From: Aquificaceae bacterium
GTDB taxonomy: Bacteria; Aquificota; Aquificia; Aquificales; Aquificaceae
Assembly: GCA_041640635.1 (NCBI GenBank)
Contig: JBEPZX010000005.1
Span: 1-64,000 of the forward strand
Length of the DNA stretch: 64,000 bases
Reading direction: 5' to 3'
Shown: piece by piece, positions 44,223 through 52,930 of the stretch
How the letters are laid out: each line of letters opens with the position of its first letter
Position numbering within the stretch: the stretch's first letter is position 1
Program-made: the position numbers and the translations under genes
The notes under the pieces: generated by a model
What the model was told of the DNA's origin: nothing
Seen by the model: only the letters and a program-made list of their open reading frames with translations
Databases searched by the model: none

Positions 44223-46551
44223 TTTTACCTCCTTTGAATTTAGGTTTAAAAGCTTTGGCATAGCTTATCAAGTTTTTCTCAACGAGCTTGTGAAATTGTT
44301 TAGGTTTTAAACTTGTTAAGAGTTCTATAGCATCATCAACATCATCCATCGTATAAATATGAAATTCTCCTTTTCTTACAGAATTTATAACCTCATCGTG
44401 TAAAACGAGATTGTCTAAGTTTTTGTATGGCACTAATACACCTTGAGTGCCAGTAAAGCCTAAGGTTTTACATACCTTGTAAAAGCCTTCCACTTTTTCC
44501 CTTATCCCTCCGACGGGTTGAACGTTTCCATGCTGATCCACTGATCCCGTAACGGCAATATCTTGTCTAAGTGGAACCTGAGCTATACTGGAAAGCAAGC
44601 ACAAAAGCTCAGCAACGGATGCACTATCACCTTCCACTTCATCGTAACCTTGTTCAAATGTTATGCTACCAGATATGTGGAGAGGAACCTTACAACCATA
44701 CTTCCACCCTAGATAATTTGATAGTATAAGCACTCCCTTGGAATGAATTGGACCACTTAGCTCTACTTCTCTTTCTATGTTTACAATTCCTTTTTCACCT
44801 ATATAAACGACAGCACTTATCCTACTAGGTCTTCCAAAGCTTATATCTCCTAAATCTATGACGCTCAAACCGTTTATCTGACCAACGGAAAGTCCTTTTA
44901 CGTTTACTATTATCTTACCTTCATGTATGGCTTCTCTTATTTTTTCCTCAATCAGGTTTGATCTAAATACCTTTTCTTCTAAAGCTTTTTTTATATCTTC
45001 AGCCTCTATATTATCCTTTGCAAATAGATCAGCCTCTCTTAAAAGATCGGTTATAGGACCAAATACAATGCTCGCTTTATTTTTATGTCTTGAAAGATAT
45101 ATGGAGTACTTTAGGAGCTCAGAAAGACCATCTGGACTTATTGGTTTTAGACCTTCGTCTTGAGATATCTTGAGGACAATCTTTGGAAAATCCTTTATAA
45201 ACTCTTCAGTTAGCTTTACAACAGGGTCAAATTCTGCTTTTACTTTAAATAATCTATTAAAATCTGGATCATAAATTGCCAAAATTTGATAAGAGTAAGG
45301 GTCACCAAGTAGTATAACTTTTATATTTTCTAAGGGGACTGGATCGGGGGATATACCCACATAAGGATAAGAGAAGTCCTCAAATATACCTCCACCTACG
45401 TAAACTTTTTTGTGCATTATCATTCTTTTGATTGCATCCCATAAAAATGGCGTTTTAAAGATATCAGAAACTCTCAGGATGAGATATCCACCGTTTGCTT
45501 TGTGTACACTTCCCCCAATTATGCTCATGTGATCCGCGAATAAAAACCCCATTTCTGCCGTATAGAAAACTTTGCCAAAGAGTCTTTGGTAAGTGGGATT
45601 GTCTTCAAAAACGATAGGCGCTCCCTCTGTTTGAGAATTATCCACTATAACGTTTATTCTAAAGATATTGAAGTCTCTTTCTAAGGCTCTCAGCATTTGG
45701 GGGTTTGCTCTCATCGTATGCCATTGCATAAATAGATCTACATTACGAACTATCTCCTGTTTGAGCTTTTCAAAAAACTCTTCTAGAAAAGGGATATTTT
45801 TGTATTTTTCTTCAAGTTTGTTTAAAACCTTCTCGGTAGTGTACTTTGCCGTTTTTTCTCGTAGTTCCAATATTTTGTCTGAGAGCTCATGATCCAATTC
45901 TCTCAGCTTTCTCATATAGTCTCTAAAGGTATCTTCAAAGTCCATTAGTGCTTTCTCATAGTTTTCTTGAATTCTGGGATTTGAAAGCAACTCCTCCTCA
46001 CTCACCAACCTTCTGCCTATTAAAGGCAAAAGTCGAATGCCTGTAGGTGTTAAAACAACTCCAAGCCCCTTTTCTTGAGCTAGCCTTGTAAGCTCATCTA
46101 ACACCTCCCCTTTCTTCGTTTCTATACTTTTTGTTATATTTGCAACTTCCTCTTCGTATTCTTTGCTTTCAAATACCTTTGGAATTTCCACTTTTAAAAT
46201 CTCAATTACTCTATCTATATCTTGAGACAGAGTTTTACCTAAACCCGCAGGAAGAAGTAAGCACTTAGGTCTTGATGGATTGTCAAAGTTATGTATGTAG
46301 CAGATATCTTTAGGTTTTTCCTGGCTTTGAGATACATCTTTTAATACGTTCAAAGTGTAAGTGAGTTTTCCTATACTTTCTGGACCTGATACGTAAATAT
46401 TGTAGCCCTCTTTGTTAGTCTTTAGAGCTAGGTTGAATGCAGAATCTACTCTCCTTTGCCCAGGAAAGACATGCTCAGCTTTTACATCAAGATCTTGCTT
46501 ACTATAGGTATAACCATAATCTAGATCTTTATCTATAAGCTTTCTAATCAA
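44215..46551 (-). CDS. Lon-like protease (LonC/AAA_32 type)
   Basis: Degenerate P-loop SGPESIGK, coiled-coil hairpin, HKANGGYL, VEGDSASVAE (Ser) and GGIREKVEGF (Lys) dyad. Confidence 0.88.
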   Translation of the reverse strand: MIRKLIDKDLDYGYTYSKQDLDVKAEHVFPGQRRVDSAFNLALKTNKEGYNIYVSGPESIGKLTYTLNVLKDVSQSQEKPKDICYIHNFDNPSRPKCLLLPAGLGKTLSQDIDRVIEILKVEIPKVFESKEYEEEVANITKSIETKKGEVLDELTRLAQEKGLGVVLTPTGIRLLPLIGRRLVSEEELLSNPRIQENYEKALMDFEDTFRDYMRKLRELDHELSDKILELREKTAKYTTEKVLNKLEEKYKNIPFLEEFFEKLKQEIVRNVDLFMQWHTMRANPQMLRALERDFNIFRINVIVDNSQTEGAPIVFEDNPTYQRLFGKVFYTAEMGFLFADHMSIIGGSVHKANGGYLILRVSDIFKTPFLWDAIKRMIMHKKVYVGGGIFEDFSYPYVGISPDPVPLENIKVILLGDPYSYQILAIYDPDFNRLFKVKAEFDPVVKLTEEFIKDFPKIVLKISQDEGLKPISPDGLSELLKYSIYLSRHKNKASIVFGPITDLLREADLFAKDNIEAEDIKKALEEKVFRSNLIEEKIREAIHEGKIIVNVKGLSVGQINGLSVIDLGDISFGRPSRISAVVYIGEKGIVNIEREVELSGPIHSKGVLILSNYLGWKYGCKVPLHISGSITFEQGYDEVEGDSASVAELLCLLSSIAQVPLRQDIAVTGSVDQHGNVQPVGGIREKVEGFYKVCKTLGFTGTQGVLVPYKNLDNLVLHDEVINSVRKGEFHIYTMDDVDDAIELLTSLKPKQFHKLVEKNLISYAKAFKPKFKGGKNG

Positions 46552-46872
46552 TTAGGTTACCCTTTTTATATTTCTCCCAATTTTCTTTTCTACAGACTCC
46601 ACTTTGCTTTTTAATCTTTCACTTTTCCCAGCTCTGTAATCTATTTTCATTGTTATAGATATACGTGGGCAGTCTTTCTTTAGCTCATGGAAGCCTTTCT
46701 TTAAAACATCCATAACTTGATCCCAGTCATCCCCTTCAATAATGGTTCCCATTGGTGTAAGGACATAATTTAAGCCCGATTTATCCACAACATCCACAAC
46801 CCTAGCTACATACTCACTTACACTTTCACCCTTTCCTAGCGGAGTCATACTAACGAAGACTAAAAAGCTCAT
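46552..46872 (-). CDS. MTH1187/YkoF-like thiamine-binding protein
   Basis: SMTPLGKGESVSEYVA, LTPMGTIIEG, KIDYR. Confidence 0.9.
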   Translation of the reverse strand: MSFLVFVSMTPLGKGESVSEYVARVVDVVDKSGLNYVLTPMGTIIEGDDWDQVMDVLKKGFHELKKDCPRISITMKIDYRAGKSERLKSKVESVEKKIGRNIKRVT

Positions 46873-46936
46873 GAAAATATTTTAACCAAATCACAAAAAC
46901 TTAAATACCAGAAAACTTTTGTCAGAAATGGAAAAA

Positions 46937-47371
46937 TCATAAATCCTCAAGTAGTCCATAAGAGCTTCTTTCAAGGACCCCCTTTTTGTCAAAGAAATAG
47001 GAGGATGGAAGGTAGGTTAACGGATAAAAATCATTGAACTTTATGGGGGTATCTATTAGAGTTACGAACTTTGGACCTATTCCCAATTCTTTATAACTTT
47101 CCTTAACATCCTTTGGTTCCATGGCAACTGCGTAAGACACTATCCAGTAATTTGGATGTTTCTTCGCTAAATCATTTAAACGATTTAGATCCTTGGAATG
47201 CCCTGCACATGTTTTGCTCCAAACGTACAACAAAATAGGCTTTCCTTTTAGAGAAGTCAAACTTAACTCCTTCCCCTCTAGATCTCTTACTCTTATATCT
47301 GGTATCTCTTGCTTTTGAGTGCAGGAAGAGAGCAAAAGAGAGGCAAAGAAGAGAAATAGTAATTTAAGCAT
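46937..47371 (-). CDS. TlpA/ResA-like thioredoxin-fold lipoprotein with atypical CxxH site
   Basis: Lipobox LLLSSC; DLEGKELSLTSLKGKPILLYVWSKTCAGH; LPSSYFFDKKG. Confidence 0.75.
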   Translation of the reverse strand: MLKLLFLFFASLLLSSCTQKQEIPDIRVRDLEGKELSLTSLKGKPILLYVWSKTCAGHSKDLNRLNDLAKKHPNYWIVSYAVAMEPKDVKESYKELGIGPKFVTLIDTPIKFNDFYPLTYLPSSYFFDKKGVLERSSYGLLEDL

Positions 47372-48606
47372 TACACGCTTGCCTTAGCTACTACCTTTGC
47401 CCTAAAGTCAGAAAGTGTTGGCTTTATGTGGATAGTTTGGTTTAGATGCCCTTCGAGTACTTCCATGGTTTTGTAGCCATTTCCAGTTATGTAAGCAACA
47501 ACTATCTCATCCCTTCTAAAAGCTCCTTTCTGCGCTAATTTTTTCAAAACGGCTATAGTAGTCCCTCCTGCCGTTTCCGTAAATATTCCTTCCGTCTCTG
47601 CCAAAAGCTTCATACCTTCTATAATCTCTTCATCCGTTGCTACCTCCCAATTACCTTTGCTTTCCTTGGTTACCTGCAAAGCATATATTCCATCTGCGGG
47701 ATTTCCAATGGCTATTGACTTGGCTATAGTGTTAGGTTTTACGGGTTTTATATAATCCCTGCCTTCTTTCCAAGCTTGAGCTATAGGTGAGCATCCCAAA
47801 GCTTGAGCACCGTAAATTCTCGTATTCAGCTCGTCTATAAGTCCTACTTTTAACATTTCCTTAAGTCCTTTCCATATCTTTGTAACAAGTGAGCCTGATG
47901 CAGCAGGAGCTACTACAGCATCTGGTGCTTTCCATCCTAGCTGTTCAACTACTTCAAAAGCTAACGTTTTTGAACCTTCTGCATAAAAAGGTCTTATGTT
48001 TATGTTAACAAAAGCCCATCCAAACTCGCTAGCTATTTCAGAACAAAGCCTATTAACATCGTCGTAAGTTCCCTCTACACCAACCACTGTGGGGTTAAAA
48101 ACTAAGCTTCCGTATATTTTTTGAGATTCCAAATTTGCTGGTATAAAGACGTAGCAATTCATACCAGCTTGGGCAGCATGAGCAGCTACTGAGTTGGCGA
48201 GATTTCCAGTGGATGCACAAGCAGCTGTGTCATAACCAAACTCTTTTGCCTTGGACAAAGCAACAGACACAACTCTATCCTTAAAAGATAGCGTAGGGTG
48301 ATTTACTGAATCATCCTTTATATAAAGGTTTTCCAAACCCAAAACTTCACCTAAGTTGGTTGCTTTCTTTAGAGGGGTAAAACCAGCTGTTAAACCCACA
48401 GAAGGTGTAGAAACAGGCAAGAGATCTATGTATCTCCATAGACTTTTAGGCCCTTGTTCTATTTTTTCCTTGCTCATACTTCTCTTTATATCTTCATAGT
48501 CGTAAATTACCTCCAAGGGACCAAAGCAAAAGTCACAAACGTGTATAGGTTCTACTTTATATTCTCTCCCACATTCTCTGCACTTTAGTCCAAGTACCTT
48601 TGCCAT
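47371..48606 (-). CDS. thrC: Threonine synthase (PLP fold type II)
   Basis: CRECG Zn ribbon, HPTLSFKDR, ASTGNLA, TIAKSIAIGNPADG. Confidence 0.85.
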   Translation of the reverse strand: MAKVLGLKCRECGREYKVEPIHVCDFCFGPLEVIYDYEDIKRSMSKEKIEQGPKSLWRYIDLLPVSTPSVGLTAGFTPLKKATNLGEVLGLENLYIKDDSVNHPTLSFKDRVVSVALSKAKEFGYDTAACASTGNLANSVAAHAAQAGMNCYVFIPANLESQKIYGSLVFNPTVVGVEGTYDDVNRLCSEIASEFGWAFVNINIRPFYAEGSKTLAFEVVEQLGWKAPDAVVAPAASGSLVTKIWKGLKEMLKVGLIDELNTRIYGAQALGCSPIAQAWKEGRDYIKPVKPNTIAKSIAIGNPADGIYALQVTKESKGNWEVATDEEIIEGMKLLAETEGIFTETAGGTTIAVLKKLAQKGAFRRDEIVVAYITGNGYKTMEVLEGHLNQTIHIKPTLSDFRAKVVAKASV

Positions 48607-48693
48607 TTTATACCTCCTGCAGGTAATACTACTAATAGCTTAAAATATAAGAATTATATATCTTACTAATCCTTTGTGTATAATTCTTTCTTA

Positions 48694-49644
48694 ATGGTTT
48701 TAGACTTCGAAAAAGACTTGCAGGACGCTTACAAAAAGATAGAGCAGCTTAAAAGGCTTTACAAATTAGGTGAAAAAGAAAAAGAACCAGAACTAAGAAG
48801 ACTACAGAGAGAGTTTAAAAATAAAGTAAAACAGAGGTATGCTAAACTCTCACCATGGGAAAAAGTACTTCTTGCAAGACATCCTAACAGACCTCACACT
48901 GTAGACTATATAAGATTGATATTCAGAGATTTTATTGAACTACATGGTGATAGATGCTTTATGGATGATAAATCAATCATTGCAGGTTTTGGGTACTTTT
49001 ACCAAATGCCCGTTGCTGTTATAGGACACGAGAAAGGCAGGACTACCAAAGAAAAAATGGAAAGAAACTTTGGAATGCCCCACCCAGAGGGATACAGAAA
49101 AGCCATAAGAGTTGCAAAGCTTGCGCAAAAATACAACATGCCAATTATTACTTTGATAGATACACCTGGAGCTTACCCAGGCATAGGTGCAGAGGAAAGG
49201 GGTCAATCGGAAGCTATAGCGCAGAGTATGCTAACTTTTGGTTTTTTAAAGGTGCCAACGATAGCCATAGTTATAGGAGAGGGTGGATCAGGTGGTGCTT
49301 TGGCACTAGGAGTTGCCAATAGGGTTCTTATGATGGAACACAGTATATATTCGGTAATATCTCCTGAAGGTTGTGCTGCTATCTTGTGGAAAGACCAAAG
49401 TAAAGTGGAACAAGCCTCTAAAGCTTTAAAGCTCACCGCTCTGGACGCTCTGTCCTTCAGGTTAATAGATGAGATTGTGCCAGAACCATGCGGGGGAGCT
49501 CACTATGACCATGAAAGAAGTGCCAGAATTCTAAAGTATTACATAAGAAAACACTTAAAGGACCTTCTGAAACTGACACCTGAAGAACTACTAAGACAAC
49601 GAATAGAAAAGTTTGAAAAGATGGGAATATTTGAAATCAAATGA
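48694..49644 (+). CDS. accA: Acetyl-CoA carboxylase carboxyltransferase alpha subunit
   Basis: LDFEK, ELHGDR, NFGMPHPEGYRKA, DTPGAYPG, GEGGSGGAL. Confidence 0.96.
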   Translation: MVLDFEKDLQDAYKKIEQLKRLYKLGEKEKEPELRRLQREFKNKVKQRYAKLSPWEKVLLARHPNRPHTVDYIRLIFRDFIELHGDRCFMDDKSIIAGFGYFYQMPVAVIGHEKGRTTKEKMERNFGMPHPEGYRKAIRVAKLAQKYNMPIITLIDTPGAYPGIGAEERGQSEAIAQSMLTFGFLKVPTIAIVIGEGGSGGALALGVANRVLMMEHSIYSVISPEGCAAILWKDQSKVEQASKALKLTALDALSFRLIDEIVPEPCGGAHYDHERSARILKYYIRKHLKDLLKLTPEELLRQRIEKFEKMGIFEIK

Positions 49645-51659
49645 GAGCTTTTGTAATTCATGGTCATTTTTATCAACCTTTTAGAGAGTGCCCCTATGTA
49701 GGCGAAATACTTATAGAACCTAGCGCTTTTCCCTTTGAAAATTGGAACGAGAGAATTTACAGAGAGTGCTATCTTCCAAACGCGTATGCACACTACAGAG
49801 TAGAAGGTAAAACCATACAGATCGTTAACAACTATAAATACCTAAGCTTCAATATGGGATGGACTCTCCTTTATTGGATAAAGAACAAACATCCAGAACT
49901 GCTAAAAAAGATAATGGAAGGTTCAAAAAATGCTATAGCCACATCTTTCAATCACACCATACTTCCTTTAGATCCAGACGATGACAAACTCATACAGATA
50001 AAATGGGGTATAAGGGCATATAAGCACTTTTTTGGAAAGGAACCACAGGGATTTTGGCTTCCAGAGCTTGCTGTAGACAAAAAGACTCTTCAGTTGCTCT
50101 CAGATAATGGTATTAGATACACAATTTTGGCACCACATCAAGTAATAGCGAATAACAATTTTGTGCGAGTACCACTAGAAAAAAGTTACATAGACGTCTT
50201 TGTTTACGATTCTCACCTTTCCCATCAAATCGCATTTGAAAGAGCTTTAGAAGAGGCCAAAAGGCTGCTAGATACTCTTTACAAGAAAGAAGGTCTTACA
50301 GTTATAGCCTTAGATGGTGAAACCTTTGGACACCACAAAAAGTTTGGAGAAATGGGACTAGCCTATATGTTTTTGCATTCTTCTCACTTTACCACTTTAG
50401 AAGAGTATTATACTTTGCATAAACCGGAACATAAAGGAACAATAGTCGAAAATACCTCGTGGAGCTGTGCTCACGGTATCATGAGATGGCAAGATGATTG
50501 TGGTTGCAGCACAGGTGGAGAACCAGGCTGGCATCAGAAATGGAGAAAACCTCTAAGGGAAGGTCTAGAGTATGTGAGAAGCCAACTAAAAGAAAAAGTT
50601 TACAACCAGTTGGGAAAATACCTGACAGATCCATACCAAGCTGCGCTTGACTTTGTGGATGTTATACTTGGAAAGGATAAAGAAGAATTTATAAAAGAGC
50701 ATGCCAAAAAAGACCTATCTTACGAAGAAAAGGTAGAAATATTTAGATACTTAAATGCTATAAAGTATATGCAACTGGCTTTTTCTTCCGATGGATGGTT
50801 CTTTGCGGAGGTGTCCGGATTAGAAACTATCAAAAACCTACTCTTTGTAAAGAGAGCCATAGATCTTGCCGAAATTGAGTATGCAGAAACTAGGCTTCTA
50901 GAGTATCTGCAAGAAGCACCTAGTAACATACCTCAGGTGGGAAATGGCAAGACAGTATGGGTTAAGTACGTTATCCCACAGGCTCACGAGCCTTACTCTA
51001 TAGCAAAGGGTATTTACTTAATAAGCAGTTTGGATTCTATAGAAAGGAGTGGAAAACTCGGAAAATGGGAATACAGCTTCAACAAAGATAGTATAAAGCT
51101 AAAGGATACGGAAACTTTAGAGGAATTTATTTTTCAAGCCAGTTTTGACAAAAACACCAAAGATATACCAAGTATTTTTGCAAAAAGAGTACAAGAAGGT
51201 TACTTGAGAAGGTATATGGACGAGAGGGTAGCCCTTTTTGAAAATTACAAAAGTGTATATAAAGACATGTTAAAAAACTTGAAAAATATACCATCCATAT
51301 TTGGGAATTACATAAGACTCGAGTATGCTAACTATTTAAGATTTAAGCTATACAAAACCATTGAGAAATGTAAGGATGTGCAGGAAATAAAAAGTATTGT
51401 AGAAGAAGCAAAAGATCTGAATATTGAATTGATAGATGAGTATATAGCTGATGCATTGAGTTATTATGTAATGGAAAAAATTAAAAAAAGCACAGAAAAG
51501 GAAATTTTTAGTATTATTGAGTATATTCAGGAGCTAAATGTACAAGCAAAGGATTACAAAAACGTTGTAAACTTGTGGGAAGTTCAAAATTACGTATGGG
51601 AAAATAGAAACAAATTTGCAGACAAAAACATTTTTAGACTGCTAAACCTTGCCTTATAA
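49641..51659 (+). CDS. Glycoside hydrolase family 57 protein with DUF3536
   Basis: IHGHFYQPFRE, NWNERI..ECY, GFWLPELAVD, DGETFGHH, TSWSCAHG..RW..DCGC. Confidence 0.9.
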   Translation: MRAFVIHGHFYQPFRECPYVGEILIEPSAFPFENWNERIYRECYLPNAYAHYRVEGKTIQIVNNYKYLSFNMGWTLLYWIKNKHPELLKKIMEGSKNAIATSFNHTILPLDPDDDKLIQIKWGIRAYKHFFGKEPQGFWLPELAVDKKTLQLLSDNGIRYTILAPHQVIANNNFVRVPLEKSYIDVFVYDSHLSHQIAFERALEEAKRLLDTLYKKEGLTVIALDGETFGHHKKFGEMGLAYMFLHSSHFTTLEEYYTLHKPEHKGTIVENTSWSCAHGIMRWQDDCGCSTGGEPGWHQKWRKPLREGLEYVRSQLKEKVYNQLGKYLTDPYQAALDFVDVILGKDKEEFIKEHAKKDLSYEEKVEIFRYLNAIKYMQLAFSSDGWFFAEVSGLETIKNLLFVKRAIDLAEIEYAETRLLEYLQEAPSNIPQVGNGKTVWVKYVIPQAHEPYSIAKGIYLISSLDSIERSGKLGKWEYSFNKDSIKLKDTETLEEFIFQASFDKNTKDIPSIFAKRVQEGYLRRYMDERVALFENYKSVYKDMLKNLKNIPSIFGNYIRLEYANYLRFKLYKTIEKCKDVQEIKSIVEEAKDLNIELIDEYIADALSYYVMEKIKKSTEKEIFSIIEYIQELNVQAKDYKNVVNLWEVQNYVWENRNKFADKNIFRLLNLAL

Positions 51660-51667
51660 TTTCCTAA

Positions 51668-52930
51668 ATGCAAAGAACCTCCCTTATAACAGACCTTTAT
51701 GAGCTTACAATGGCGCAGGTTTACTTAGAAGAAGGTAAAACAGGAAACGCCGTATTTAGCCTATTTGTTAGAAAACTACCTCCAAACAGGAACTTTTTGG
51801 TGGCTTGTGGTTTAGAAACTCTGATAAATTTTATCGAAGATTTCAAATTTGGAGATAAAGAATTAAAGTATCTCAAAGGTCTAAAGATTTTTAAACCGTC
51901 CTTTTTAGATTACCTAAAGGAATACAGATTCGAAGGTAGTATATATGCGGTGCCTGAAGGAACTATAGTGTTTCAAAACGAACCTATAGTACAAGTGGAA
52001 GCATCTTTGCCAGATGCACAGATCCTTGAAACCTTAGTTATAAATCTTATACACCTTGAGACATTAATAGCTTCAAAGGCTGCAAGGTGTTACTTATCGG
52101 CAAAGGGTAAAATTCTAGTAGATTTTGGTCTAAGGAGGGCACATTCACCACAGGCTGGAATATATGGTGCTAGAGCTTGCTATATTGCAGGCTTTAATGG
52201 GACATCCAACTTAGAAGCAGGGAAAAGATTCAACATTCCAGTTTATGGAACTATGGCGCACTCCTTTGTTATGGTGTTTGATGATGAAGAGGAAGCCTTT
52301 AGAGCTTTTTATAGACACTATCCAGATAGAACTTTACTCTTGGTTGATACTTACGATACTGTAGAAGGTGTAAAAAAAGCTATAAAGCTATTAAAAGAAG
52401 GTAAAAAAATTGTTGGTGTAAGAATAGATAGTGGAGATATAGCGAATCTTGCTTTTAAGGCAAGGGAATTGTTCGATAGCGAGGGATTTAATCATGTGAA
52501 GATTTTAGTGAGCGGAGGAGTAGATGAGTATGATATTCACACTTGGCTCGGTCAGGATTGCCCAATAGATGCCTTTGGTGTTGGCACAAAACTCTTAACA
52601 TCTTCGGATAGTCCATACCTTGACATAGCTTACAAACTTGTTGAGTACGAAGGAAAACCCAAATTCAAGACGAGTCCAGGGAAAGCCACCTTCCCCTACA
52701 AAAGGCAAATAATTAGATATTACAAAGATGGAATTATGGATTATGATGAAGTAATAAAATACCAAGAAGAGGGACTTGTGGAAAAGGTAATTCAGGGCGG
52801 CACGCTAACAAAGAAGCTGCCAAGTCTCAACGAGATAAGGAATAGATTTATACACCAGTTGGAGAGCCTTCCCAATTTACTAAAAAGTCTTGAAAAAAAA
52901 CAAGAATATGATGTAAGAGTTATGCAATGA
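51668..52930 (+). CDS. pncB: Nicotinate phosphoribosyltransferase
   Basis: TDLYELTM, DFGLRRAH, GTMAHSFV, LVDTYD, VRIDSGD. Confidence 0.95.
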   Translation: MQRTSLITDLYELTMAQVYLEEGKTGNAVFSLFVRKLPPNRNFLVACGLETLINFIEDFKFGDKELKYLKGLKIFKPSFLDYLKEYRFEGSIYAVPEGTIVFQNEPIVQVEASLPDAQILETLVINLIHLETLIASKAARCYLSAKGKILVDFGLRRAHSPQAGIYGARACYIAGFNGTSNLEAGKRFNIPVYGTMAHSFVMVFDDEEEAFRAFYRHYPDRTLLLVDTYDTVEGVKKAIKLLKEGKKIVGVRIDSGDIANLAFKARELFDSEGFNHVKILVSGGVDEYDIHTWLGQDCPIDAFGVGTKLLTSSDSPYLDIAYKLVEYEGKPKFKTSPGKATFPYKRQIIRYYKDGIMDYDEVIKYQEEGLVEKVIQGGTLTKKLPSLNEIRNRFIHQLESLPNLLKSLEKKQEYDVRVMQ

